A stretch of DNA of 48,484 nt, from NCBI GenBank assembly GCA_041656835.1, contig JBBACV010000001.1, positions 1 to 48,484 on the forward strand, given 5' to 3'. The notes under the pieces are model-generated. The model worked only from the letters and a program-made list of their open reading frames with translations. It ran no database searches and was not told where the DNA came from. The stretch is from Acholeplasmataceae bacterium (lineage in GTDB: Bacteria; Bacillota_I; Bacilli_A; Acholeplasmatales; Acholeplasmataceae). This document shows positions 1 to 9,101 of this stretch, in pieces (position 1 is the stretch's first letter; the number at the start of each line of letters is the position of its first letter). The position numbers and the translations under genes were made by a program.

Positions 1-606
1 ACCTTTTAAGACATTAGGGGCTTCACCGATAATAATACCAGGAGCAGCTTCATAAACATCAACTCTATCATCAGCAATTAAAATATGACCTCTTTTAACT
101 AATTCTAAAGCTGTTTCTGATTTACCAATTCCGCTTTTACCAATAATTAAGGTTCCCATCCCATGAATATCAAGAAGAGTACCATGTAAAGTTTTTCTTG
201 GTGCCAAAGCACTTCTTAAATAAGCATATAATTTAGAGTTAATTGGGGTAGTTCTTTCGCTTGATTTTAAAATAGGAATATTATATTTATTACCTAATGT
301 AATAAAATAATCAGGAATATCTACATTAATACTAAAAACAACCGCAGGCGGAAGGTTTTTTAAAACATTCTCAACTCTTTTAGTCCGCAAATCTTTTTCT
401 AAAGTTCCTAAAAATTTATATTCTTTACTACCAATCAATAAGATTCGATCCTTATCATAAAAGTCAAGAAACCCCGCAAACTCAACTCCTGGTCTTGATA
501 ACATTTCAACTGTAACTAAGTTGTTAATTCCTTTTTCCCCAGCTAAAAGTTTTAAGTTTAAATCCTTAGCTATTTTTTTTATTTTAACACTTCTTATCTC
601 GCTCAT
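1..606 (-). CDS. hprK: HPr kinase/phosphorylase, partial (runs off window start); not in ORF track
   Basis: Manual translation from ATG at 606: MSEIRSVKIKKIAKDLNL...RPGVEFAGFLDFYDKDRILLIG...LHGTLLDIHGMGTLIIGKSGIGKSETALELVKRGHILIADDRV (Walker A and HprK signature). ATGA overlap with the upstream stop. Confidence 0.95.
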   Translation of the reverse strand, partial: MSEIRSVKIKKIAKDLNLKLLAGEKGINNLVTVEMLSRPGVEFAGFLDFYDKDRILLIGSKEYKFLGTLEKDLRTKRVENVLKNLPPAVVFSINVDIPDYFITLGNKYNIPILKSSERTTPINSKLYAYLRSALAPRKTLHGTLLDIHGMGTLIIGKSGIGKSETALELVKRGHILIADDRVDVYEAAPGIIIGEAPNVLKG

Positions 607-1106
607 TTTTTATTCCCTCCCAATGGGATATTAATTCTTTTTATTACCGTTGTTAATAACATTCTAAAAACCATAAATATAATCGTAAAAATAAAGATAT
701 TTGATAAATTATTATAAAAACTAAAGTTATCAACTAATAATGAAGTAATATAGAAAAATACAATATTTACAACAAAGAAAATTAAACCTAGGCTTTGAAG
801 AATTATCTTCCATATAAATCTTATTAATAATGTTTTAATTGAAATTTCTAATAAAGAATAAAATAAAAACGCTAAGAAAAAAGCGATATATGAATTAACT
901 TCAACTATTTTATAAGTTACACTAGATAAGCCAATAATAACTCCACCGCTAATAAGGTTTATAATAATGGTTAATAAAATATGAATACTAAAGTTTTCAT
1001 GTAAATAAAACCCTAATAATAAACCGATTTTTTTATCATCATCGTTTTTTAAAGCTTTTTTTAATTCTTCTAAATCTTTTTCTTCTTTATTATCTTTATT
1101 ATTCAT
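603..1106 (-). CDS. 4-TM membrane protein, YvlD/DUF360 ('phage holin family')-like
   Basis: Four hydrophobic segments; lies between uvrA and hprK as yvlD does in Bacilli. Start placed at ATG 1106 after AGAAGGTG. Confidence 0.6.
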   Translation of the reverse strand: MNNKDNKEEKDLEELKKALKNDDDKKIGLLLGFYLHENFSIHILLTIIINLISGGVIIGLSSVTYKIVEVNSYIAFFLAFLFYSLLEISIKTLLIRFIWKIILQSLGLIFFVVNIVFFYITSLLVDNFSFYNNLSNIFIFTIIFMVFRMLLTTVIKRINIPLGGNKK

Positions 1107-3930
1107 AAACACCTTCTTTTAATATTTCTTTTAAATATGAACCGGTATAACTTTTTTCATTTAAAGATAATTCTTCTGGTGTTCCAGTTCCAACTACATA
1201 TCCACCTTTATTACCACCCTCTGGACCTAAATCAATAATATAGTCAGCATTTTTAATAACATCTAAGTTATGTTCAATAACTATCATTGTTGCTCCTTCA
1301 TCAACGATTCGGTGGAGAACTTTAATTAATCTTTTAACATCATCGGTATGAAGCCCTGTTGTCGGTTCATCAAGGATATATAAAGTTTTATTAGTGATTC
1401 TTTTATGTAGTTCTGAAGCTAATTTCACTCTTTGAGCTTCACCACCTGATAAGGTGGTGGCATTTTGACCTAATTTTATATAACCTAGGCCAACATCTTT
1501 AATTGTTTCTAGTCTTCTTAATATTTTAGGATGATGTTTAAAAAATTGAACGGCTTCATCGATTGTCATTGCTAGGATATCGGCAATATTTTTACCACGG
1601 TATTTTATTTGTAGTGTCTCTTTATTATACCTTGTTCCACCACAAGCTTCACAAGGAACATAAACATCCGGTAAAAAATGCATTGAAATTCTTTTAACAC
1701 CATCACCCCGGCAAACTTCACATCTTCCCCCTCTTACGTTAAATGAAAATCTTCCCTTTTTATACCCACGCATCTTAGCTTCATTTGTTAGAGCATAAAC
1801 ATCTCTAATATCATCAAAAACTCCGGTATAAGTTGCTGGGTTACTTCTTGGATTATATCCAATTGGTGATTGAGAGATTTCAACAATTTTATCGATTAAA
1901 CTATAGTCCTGAATCATATCATGAAGTCCTGCTAAATCTTTTGATTTATATATTTTTTGACGAAGTCCTTTTAAAAGGATTTCGTTAACTAAGGTTGATT
2001 TTCCAGAACCGGAAACACCGGTTACTAATGTTAGTTTTGAAATGGGAAATTTAACAGTTATATTTTTTAAGTTATGTTCTTTAGCGCCTATTACTGCGAT
2101 ATCTAAATTATTACCACTTCGTCGTCTTTTGGGAATAGTTATATATTTCTTACCGGAAATATAATCTCCGGTTATACTATTTTTAGCTTTCTTTAATTCA
2201 TCTGGTGTTCCTTCAAAGACTAAGTATCCACCATCAATTCCTGCTCCAGGACCAATATCAACAATATAATCGGCACTCTTTATTGTATCATGGTCATGTT
2301 CAACTACGATTAACGTATTTCCTAAGTCGCGCATTTTTTTAAGTGAATTTATTAGTTTTTCATTATCTTTTTGATGGAGTCCGATGGATGGTTCATCTAA
2401 GACATATAATACTCCTGATAATTTTGAACCTATTTGGGTCGCTAGTCTAATTCTTTGGGCTTCACCACCCGATAAGGTTGAAGCACTTCTTGCAAGATTT
2501 AAATAATTTAGACCAACATCATTTAAAAAGCTTAATCGGTGATTTAATTCTAAAAGAATTAATCTAGCAATCTGAGCTTCTTCTTTATTTAATTTAAAGT
2601 TATTAATTATTTTAATTAAGTCCTCAATTGAATGAGTCATCATTTCACTAATATTTTGATTATCAACTCTGACTGATAAAGCTGCTTCATTTAAGCGGTA
2701 TCCTTTACAGACTGGACAAGTTGTTTCAATCATAAATGATTCTATCCAACTTCTAATCCATTCTGAAGAAGTTTCTAAATATCTTCGATTAAGTTGAGGA
2801 ATGATTCCTTCGTAAAACTCATGTTTTACGTGGGCTCTTCCACTATTTGATAAAAGATTGAATTTAATTTTATCTTTTGAACCATAAAGAATCATATCAA
2901 TTTCTTCGGTTTTTAATTCTCTAATTGGTATATATGGATCTATTTTATAATATTTGCAAACTGTTTCAATTTCTTGAAGATTTAAATTTCCTTCATCGGC
3001 ATATCTAAAAGGAATAATTCCCCCATCTAAAATACCTTTTTCTGGGTTTATTACTAATTGTTTGGCAACTTCTAATTTTAAGCCTAAGCCATTACAATAA
3101 GGACAAGCTCCAATTGGTGTGTTAAATGAAAATAATCTTGGTTCTAATTCAGGAATTGTAAAATCAGTTCCTTCACAATAATAATTTTGTGAAAAATTTA
3201 AGGTTTCTTTATCATCAACAATAACTTTAGTTTTTCCATTAGCATACATTGCTGCTAATTCTAAAGCATCATAAACTCTTGATCTAATATCGTCTTTAAC
3301 AACAATTCGATCAATTACTAAATCAATATCATGAAATTTATTTTTATCTAATGATTCTAATTCTTCAATTAAATGGGTTTCTTCATTGACAATTACTCTA
3401 GTAAAACCATTTTTTAACCAATCTTTTAATTTTTCTTTGTGGGTTCCTTTTTGTCTTTTAACGACCGGTGCTGTAATAATGACTCTTCTGCCTTCCTTTA
3501 ATTCTAAAACTCGGTTAGTCATTTCATCGATTGTTTGTTTGGTCACCGGTGTATCTGAACCGGGACAATAAGGAATTCCAATTCTTGCATATAAAAGTCT
3601 AAAATAATCATAAATCTCAGTCACTGTTCCAACGGTTGATCTAGGGTTATTTGAAGTTGTTTTTTGATCAATAGAAATTGAAGGAGACAATCCTTCAATT
3701 GAATCAACATCAGGTTTTTCATAATTGCCTAGAAATTGTCTTGCATAAGAAGAAAGAGATTCCATATATCTTCTTTGACCTTCTTGATAAATTGTATCAA
3801 ATGCTAAACTTGATTTTCCTGAACCTGAGACACCGGTCATGACGATTAATTTGTTTTTAGGGATATCTAAACTTATATCTTTTAAGTTGTTTTCACGAGC
3901 CCCTATAATTTTTATGTTATCTATACTCAC
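1099..3930 (-). CDS. uvrA: Excinuclease ABC subunit A
   Basis: GARENNLK, two GVSGSGKS Walker A motifs, two LSGGEAQR signatures, zinc fingers; 943 aa. Confidence 0.98.
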   Translation of the reverse strand: MSIDNIKIIGARENNLKDISLDIPKNKLIVMTGVSGSGKSSLAFDTIYQEGQRRYMESLSSYARQFLGNYEKPDVDSIEGLSPSISIDQKTTSNNPRSTVGTVTEIYDYFRLLYARIGIPYCPGSDTPVTKQTIDEMTNRVLELKEGRRVIITAPVVKRQKGTHKEKLKDWLKNGFTRVIVNEETHLIEELESLDKNKFHDIDLVIDRIVVKDDIRSRVYDALELAAMYANGKTKVIVDDKETLNFSQNYYCEGTDFTIPELEPRLFSFNTPIGACPYCNGLGLKLEVAKQLVINPEKGILDGGIIPFRYADEGNLNLQEIETVCKYYKIDPYIPIRELKTEEIDMILYGSKDKIKFNLLSNSGRAHVKHEFYEGIIPQLNRRYLETSSEWIRSWIESFMIETTCPVCKGYRLNEAALSVRVDNQNISEMMTHSIEDLIKIINNFKLNKEEAQIARLILLELNHRLSFLNDVGLNYLNLARSASTLSGGEAQRIRLATQIGSKLSGVLYVLDEPSIGLHQKDNEKLINSLKKMRDLGNTLIVVEHDHDTIKSADYIVDIGPGAGIDGGYLVFEGTPDELKKAKNSITGDYISGKKYITIPKRRRSGNNLDIAVIGAKEHNLKNITVKFPISKLTLVTGVSGSGKSTLVNEILLKGLRQKIYKSKDLAGLHDMIQDYSLIDKIVEISQSPIGYNPRSNPATYTGVFDDIRDVYALTNEAKMRGYKKGRFSFNVRGGRCEVCRGDGVKRISMHFLPDVYVPCEACGGTRYNKETLQIKYRGKNIADILAMTIDEAVQFFKHHPKILRRLETIKDVGLGYIKLGQNATTLSGGEAQRVKLASELHKRITNKTLYILDEPTTGLHTDDVKRLIKVLHRIVDEGATMIVIEHNLDVIKNADYIIDLGPEGGNKGGYVVGTGTPEELSLNEKSYTGSYLKEILKEGVYE

Positions 3931-5900
3931 TTTATAAGCCTTTCAAATTCTTCTTCATTAATAATTTTAATATTTAGTTCTAATGCTTTTTTTAATTTAG
4001 AACCAGATGCCTCACCCGATAGAAGATAATCGGTATTACTTGAAACACTTGATGAAACTTTTCCACCAAGTTTTTCAATAATTAAACTCGCTTCTTTTCT
4101 TGTATAATTATTTAAACTTCCGGTTAAAACAAATGTTTTATTGTTGAACAAATGTTCTTTAATTTCTACTTTTTCACTTTCTAAATTAAGATTAAAACTT
4201 TTTAATTCTTCTAACATTTTTAAATTTGCATCATTTTCAAAGTAATTTATGACTGAATTAGCTATTTCAGGGCCAATATCATCTAAATTAATTAAATCAT
4301 CGTAGTTTGCATCTATCAAACTATCAATGGTGTTAAATTTATTTGTTAGTATTTTACTAACTCTTTCACCTACATGTTTTATTCCTAATCCAAAGATAAA
4401 ACGGTCAAAACTAATTTTTTTAGATTCTTCAATCGCATTTAACAATTTATCAACTTTTTTAATACCAAAGCCTTTTAATAAAATAAGTTCATTACGATGA
4501 TCTTTTAATTTATAAATATCAGGAATATTTTTAATATAAGTTAAGTCATGAAGAGTTTCCATAACTTTTTCTCCTAACCCATCAATATCCATCGCTCCTT
4601 TATGGGCAAAATGAATTAAAGAATAGATGTTTTTTCCGGGGCAGTCTGGATTATTACAATAATAATCTGCTTCACCTTCTTTTCTTTCTAAAGGAAAGTT
4701 ACAAATGGGACAGTTTTTTATCATTTCAAATGGTTTATTATTTTTTCTTTTTTCTAAAATAACACTAATTACTTCGGGAATAATTTCACCAGCTTTATGA
4801 ACTAATACATAATCATTTATTCTAATATCTTTACTTTTAATATAATCTTCGTTATGAAGGGTTGCTCTTGAGATTAAACTACCTGATACAAAGACAGGTT
4901 CTAATTCAGCAACTGGAGTAATAACTCCAGTTCTTCCAACTTGAAAAGTTATATCATTTATTTTAGTCATTGCTCTTTCAGTTTGATATTTATATGCAGT
5001 TGCGTATTTAGGAGCTTTAGCAGTATAACCTATTTCTTCATAGTATTTAAAATCATTTACTTTAATAACGACTCCGTCGGTATCATAGGGTAAGGTTTTT
5101 CTAATTTCATCATATTCATTTATATGAAGTTTTAATTCCTCTAAATTATTAGCCAATTTAAAATAAGGATTTACACTAAATCCTAGTTCTTTTAAATAAT
5201 TTAATATTTCATATTGAGTGTTTTTATATTGATTTGGATTAACAACATTATAAACAAATAATGATAAGTTTCTTTTCGCAACAACACTACTATCTAGCTG
5301 TCTAATTGTTCCAGCTGCAGCATTTCTTGGATTAGCAAATATTTCTAAGTTTTCATTAATTCTTGAATCATTTATCTTCATAAATTCATGATGTGATAAA
5401 TAAATTTCACCTCTAATAATAATATCTATTTCTTCATTTAATAAAAGTGGTAATGATTTAATCGTTTTAACATTATTGGTAACATCTTCACCAACACTTC
5501 CATCTCCTCTTGTTGCAGCAGCAACAAATTTACCACTCTTATAAATTAAACTAACGGCTAAGCCGTCAATTTTTAATTCGGTAGTAAATTCATTTGTTAA
5601 TGGGCTAATCCTATTATAAAATGTTTCTAATTCTTCAAAATTAAAAACATTGCTTAATGACATCATTCTTGATTCATGTTGATATTTTTTAAATCCATCT
5701 AAAATCGTACCACCGATTTTTTTAGATGGCGAAGTATCACTATCATATTCTGGGTGTTTTTCTTCTAAATCAATTAATTCTTTTAAGAGTTTATCATACT
5801 CTAAATCAGAGATTAATGGCTTATCTTTAGTATGATACATATAGTTAGCATGGTTAATTTCTTTTCTTAATTCTAAGATACGTTCATATACTTTATTCAT
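3927..5900 (-). CDS. ligA: NAD-dependent DNA ligase
   Basis: ELKIDGLA adenylation motif, TRGDG, ANPRNAAAG, Cys4 zinc finger, C-terminal BRCT. Confidence 0.98.
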   Translation of the reverse strand: MNKVYERILELRKEINHANYMYHTKDKPLISDLEYDKLLKELIDLEEKHPEYDSDTSPSKKIGGTILDGFKKYQHESRMMSLSNVFNFEELETFYNRISPLTNEFTTELKIDGLAVSLIYKSGKFVAAATRGDGSVGEDVTNNVKTIKSLPLLLNEEIDIIIRGEIYLSHHEFMKINDSRINENLEIFANPRNAAAGTIRQLDSSVVAKRNLSLFVYNVVNPNQYKNTQYEILNYLKELGFSVNPYFKLANNLEELKLHINEYDEIRKTLPYDTDGVVIKVNDFKYYEEIGYTAKAPKYATAYKYQTERAMTKINDITFQVGRTGVITPVAELEPVFVSGSLISRATLHNEDYIKSKDIRINDYVLVHKAGEIIPEVISVILEKRKNNKPFEMIKNCPICNFPLERKEGEADYYCNNPDCPGKNIYSLIHFAHKGAMDIDGLGEKVMETLHDLTYIKNIPDIYKLKDHRNELILLKGFGIKKVDKLLNAIEESKKISFDRFIFGLGIKHVGERVSKILTNKFNTIDSLIDANYDDLINLDDIGPEIANSVINYFENDANLKMLEELKSFNLNLESEKVEIKEHLFNNKTFVLTGSLNNYTRKEASLIIEKLGGKVSSSVSSNTDYLLSGEASGSKLKKALELNIKIINEEEFERLIK

Positions 5901-5918
5901 AATACCTACCTTCTAATA

Positions 5919-5948
5919 ATTATACCACGCCCCCTGGGGTTTCATCAA
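5919..5948 (-). promoter_or_regulatory. sigma70-type promoter of the ligA-uvrA-yvlD-hprK run
   Basis: TTGATG (5948-5943), 18 bp, then TATAAT (5924-5919) preceded by TG (extended -10); RBS AAGGTAGG follows. Confidence 0.6.
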
Positions 5949-5987
5949 TTTAAGTTTTATATTTTGATATCTTTTTGAGAATAAGTC

Positions 5988-6222
5988 TTTTTTAGATTTA
6001 ACACAATAACATATCAAAATAATCATATCTAAACTATAAACTTTAATTATTCTTTTAATTTTTATATTTCCTTCTAATTGAACTACCGAGGATTTCTCGG
6101 TAGTTCCCTTTTTTCCAACTCATGTTCTTTGAAAATGTTTTTGATACGTAAGTTAATATCGTATGTGAAACATTAAATAATTCAACCTTTTACCTTTGTT
6201 AGAATCAAATAGTTTATCATTC
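5988..6222 (-). pseudogene. Degraded RhuM-family (virulence protein RhuM / DNA-binding) gene fragment
   Basis: Broken minus-strand frames read VELFNVSH / NLRIKNIFKEHELEKR / TTEKSSVVQLEGNIKIKRIIKVYSLDMIILICYCVKSKK. This matches the RhuM N-terminal consensus (ELF..HIKNIF.EGEL...VQ.EG.R.V.R....YNLD.II.VGYRVKS) as I recall it; there are frameshifts and stops. Confidence 0.8.
6080..6106. repeat. Perfect 11-bp inverted repeat inside the rhuM remnant
   Basis: GAACTACCGAG-GATTT-CTCGGTAGTTC; on the minus strand it encodes TTEKSSVV. Confidence 0.9.
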
Positions 6223-6405
6223 CATACTTAATTTAACTCCTAGTTCTAAGGCATTTTCATTCCGCCTTTATTCTACATTTTAACATCGCTATTTACATTC
6301 AAATAAAAAAACAAGGCCTCATTAGAAATCTAGTTATAGTTAACTTTTATGGAGCCAAAGAGAAACTGCATATATATCTAACTTTGACATATATAATGTT
6401 AATCA

Positions 6406-7740
6406 TTATTTAAGTATTTGCCATCTTCCATAACGATTCGAACCGACTCTTTTTATATAGCCTTTTTCTTTTAGTTTATTAAGGTTGTTTGTTACAGTTT
6501 GTGGTGTTTTGAATATCCTTTTAGCAAGTTCTATAGTTGTAATTTTATTGTCACTTTTTATAAGAGAATAAATTGAAGTTTCCGTTTCACTTAATTCTAC
6601 ACCCAAATCTACACCCAAATCTACACCCAAATTATTCCGATGAAATATAAAATTATACCCGAATTTTTCGTTTTCAAAAGAAACTTTAACATTGCTTTTG
6701 TTACACAAATCATATACTCTTTTAATTCCTGTTCCCCAAGATTCAATATTTTTGGAAAGATAAAGTGTATTGGCTATTAATGGGTTTATGATTACAGATC
6801 TTAAATTTCGATAAACATAATCTTCTGGTGTTGCACCATATGGAAAATTGCCGGGATTGTATACCGAAACCTTTTTTGGAGTTATTGCTATTTCATGAGT
6901 TGTGTTTGTATTATATTTTGCATGGCACAAACTATTAACAACAATTTCTTTAATAGCTTCACGTGGGATTTCAGGAATTTCTTTACGAGGTCCAACTGAA
7001 ATTATTGATTCCCAGTTTATATGGTTTTCAATATATTGTTGCATAATTTTAATTAATTGATAAACGTTACCACTTACTAGATTTTGATCGATAAAAGTGA
7101 TTTGTGTATCAGTCGCAAAAACTGCAAGTTTAACCTTTATTGGTTTATTCTTTGAAAACAAGTACTTACCAGCATTATTTAAGAATCCATTCTTAGCTAA
7201 ACCAAGCTTTTCAATAATATCTTCTTGTTTAATGTCATAGCTATTAACACGTCCAGATGCTAAGGCATCTTGATTAAATTGATTAATTGAATCGACATCT
7301 AAATCCTCTAATGTCTCTGATGTTAAAGTGTTTTCCCAAATCGAATTATCTTTATTGTAAAAATCAAAAAAATCTTTAAGTTTTTCTATACTTATTTTTC
7401 GATCCTCATCAGCAACTCTAATAAAAAATATTTCGTTTGCAGAATATGGGGTTTCTATTCCAGAGAAGGAAACTTTTATATATTCCTTACCTTCTGTGCT
7501 TAATATTTCAATGTTTGGATAAACCGCAGGTTTAATTTTTTCATAAAAATAACGTGAAATATCCCTAGTTGTCGAATCAGATATTTGTTGCCCAACAACA
7601 TCGCCATTGTTCTTTACCCCAAAATATATAGTTCCATAACCATTTTTATTAAGCATAGCTGATACTGTCTTAAGTGCGTTATTTAGATCTCCTGTTGTTT
7701 GTTTAAACTCAACAGTTTCTGTCTCTCTACCTAAGTTCAT
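6406..7740 (-). CDS. Schlafen/AlbA_2 + HATPase_c_4 ('RecG C-terminal-like') + winged HTH protein
   Basis: N-terminal ETETVEFK and AMLNKNGYGTIYFGV (AlbA_2); EAIKEIVVNSLCHAKY, YNPG and IESWGTGI (HATPase_c_4); C-terminal LKEKGYIKRVGSNRYGRW wHTH. Start set at ATG 7740 after AAGGGAG. Confidence 0.85.
   Translation of the reverse strand: MNLGRETETVEFKQTTGDLNNALKTVSAMLNKNGYGTIYFGVKNNGDVVGQQISDSTTRDISRYFYEKIKPAVYPNIEILSTEGKEYIKVSFSGIETPYSANEIFFIRVADEDRKISIEKLKDFFDFYNKDNSIWENTLTSETLEDLDVDSINQFNQDALASGRVNSYDIKQEDIIEKLGLAKNGFLNNAGKYLFSKNKPIKVKLAVFATDTQITFIDQNLVSGNVYQLIKIMQQYIENHINWESIISVGPRKEIPEIPREAIKEIVVNSLCHAKYNTNTTHEIAITPKKVSVYNPGNFPYGATPEDYVYRNLRSVIINPLIANTLYLSKNIESWGTGIKRVYDLCNKSNVKVSFENEKFGYNFIFHRNNLGVDLGVDLGVELSETETSIYSLIKSDNKITTIELAKRIFKTPQTVTNNLNKLKEKGYIKRVGSNRYGRWQILK
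6596..6632. repeat. 3 x 12-bp tandem repeat encoding LGVD-LGVD-LGVE linker
   Basis: TCTACACCCAAA at 6596, 6608 and 6620. Confidence 0.95.
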
Positions 7741-7868
7741 TTCAAAAACTCCCTTCTTCACCATTCTATACCAAAGTATTTATGTTTTTGTTTTAGTGTA
7801 AACATCAAAAAAATTATTTATATTTTAAGGTGTTTTTTATTATTTACAATATCTACGCATTTTAGTTT

Positions 7869-9035
7869 TTAAAGTGTTTTTCTTCGTATTTTTATTTTAG
7901 TTTCTTTAATAAATGGAGTTAATTTAGAAGTGAAAATATAAAGATTATTAATTGCTCTTGTAATACCAACAAACAGTAATCGTCTTTCTTCTTCTTTATT
8001 TGAAAAGATATTATCTTTATCAAAGGGAAGTATTTCTGGTTTATAAATTATACAATCATTAAACTCTAATCCCTTTGCCTCATGAAATGTCATTAGTTTA
8101 ACAAAGAATAAGTAGTTTCTTTTTAAATATTGTTTTAATTTGATTACTTGGTAATCATTGCGGTATAAAATTACCGCATTGATTAATCTTTTTTTCCTAA
8201 TAAAATTAACTAATTTTAAATCGATTATATCTTCATCAAATAAATATATATAAGGAATATTTATTATATCTTTATTAGTAATAAGATTTTTCTTGTAGCG
8301 ATTAAGATTATTTTTAATTAAATTATTCGCCGCTTTTAAAATTAATGGGTTAGAACGGTAATTTATTTCTAGTTTATATGTTTTAGCTTTAAAATCTTTA
8401 ACAAATTTTTCAATTAAAGAAACCTTGGCTCCTCTAAATGAATATATCGCTTGATCAGGATCTCCTACCGCAACAATATTTATATCTTTTAAAGCTAACT
8501 TTTTAATTATTTCGTATTGTAAGTAATTAGTATCTTGGAATTCATCAATAAATATATATTTATAATTGTGATTTTTTATTAAAGGAAGTGCTTGATCAAT
8601 TAAATCATCATAATCTAATAAATCTCTTTCTTTTAAATACTTTTGATATCTTTCATATATTGATGGTTTTTTTATTTGTTTTAAACTATTTTTATAATTA
8701 GTTATTTGAAGTATTTCATTTTCAGTAAACTCATTGTTAAATTCAAAGATTTTAAATTCTTTAATTTCTTTTAAAATTGAATAACAGTAACTATGAAAAG
8801 TAAAAACACTAACCTCTTGGTTAGATATTCTCTTTTTCATTTCTTTACTTGATTTATTAGTAAAAGTAATACATAATATCGAAGCTGGTTTGATATTATG
8901 ATTAATTAAATATTTAATTCTTTCAACAATTACTCTAGTTTTACCACTACCAGCACCAGCTAATAAAAAAATATTTTTATCAGGACTTTTTACAATTTTT
9001 TGTTGATCTTTATTTAAATTTATTTTCATCGTCAC
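7869..9035 (-). CDS. Short UvrD/PcrA-family SF1A helicase lacking the 2B subdomain and C-terminal domain
   Basis: AGAGSGKT, ITFTNK, DEFQD, VGDPDQAIYSFRGA, LEINYRS, TFHEAKGLEF and EEERRLLFVGITRA all present in only 388 aa. Start GTG 9035 or ATG 9029. Confidence 0.9.
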   Translation of the reverse strand: MTMKINLNKDQQKIVKSPDKNIFLLAGAGSGKTRVIVERIKYLINHNIKPASILCITFTNKSSKEMKKRISNQEVSVFTFHSYCYSILKEIKEFKIFEFNNEFTENEILQITNYKNSLKQIKKPSIYERYQKYLKERDLLDYDDLIDQALPLIKNHNYKYIFIDEFQDTNYLQYEIIKKLALKDINIVAVGDPDQAIYSFRGAKVSLIEKFVKDFKAKTYKLEINYRSNPLILKAANNLIKNNLNRYKKNLITNKDIINIPYIYLFDEDIIDLKLVNFIRKKRLINAVILYRNDYQVIKLKQYLKRNYLFFVKLMTFHEAKGLEFNDCIIYKPEILPFDKDNIFSNKEEERRLLFVGITRAINNLYIFTSKLTPFIKETKIKIRRKTL

Positions 9036-9068
9036 TTTATATTAGAGAAGATATGAGAAAATGACTTT

Positions 9069-9097
9069 AAAAAAGACCACTTTTTAAAAGTAGTCTT
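9069..9097 (-). terminator. Intrinsic terminator after pcrA
   Basis: Minus strand AAGACTACTTT..AAAGTGGTCTT stem (one U-G pair) followed by TTTT. Confidence 0.65.
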
Positions 9098-9101
9098 GAT
9101 T

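Noticed and set aside
603-1106. 'Holin' as evidence of a prophage
   Set aside because: YvlD-like genes are routinely next to hprK, and no phage genes are present.
5925-5940. GC-rich CGCCCCCTGGGGT resembling a CsoR-type operator in the ligA promoter spacer
   Set aside because: Imperfect symmetry and no metal-homeostasis gene nearby.
6080-6114. Hairpin as terminator of an unannotated plus-strand sRNA
   Set aside because: No convincing plus-strand promoter or gene upstream, and the palindrome is explained by the rhuM remnant; not fully excluded.
7765-7868. A periodic operator array upstream of the Schlafen/AlbA gene
   Set aside because: Only TATTTA hexamers at irregular spacing (38 and 26 bp), not significant in AT-rich DNA.
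7869-9035. Mini-UvrD as Gabija GajB
   Set aside because: No adjacent OLD/TOPRIM GajA gene, and the motifs closely track the neighbouring PcrA.
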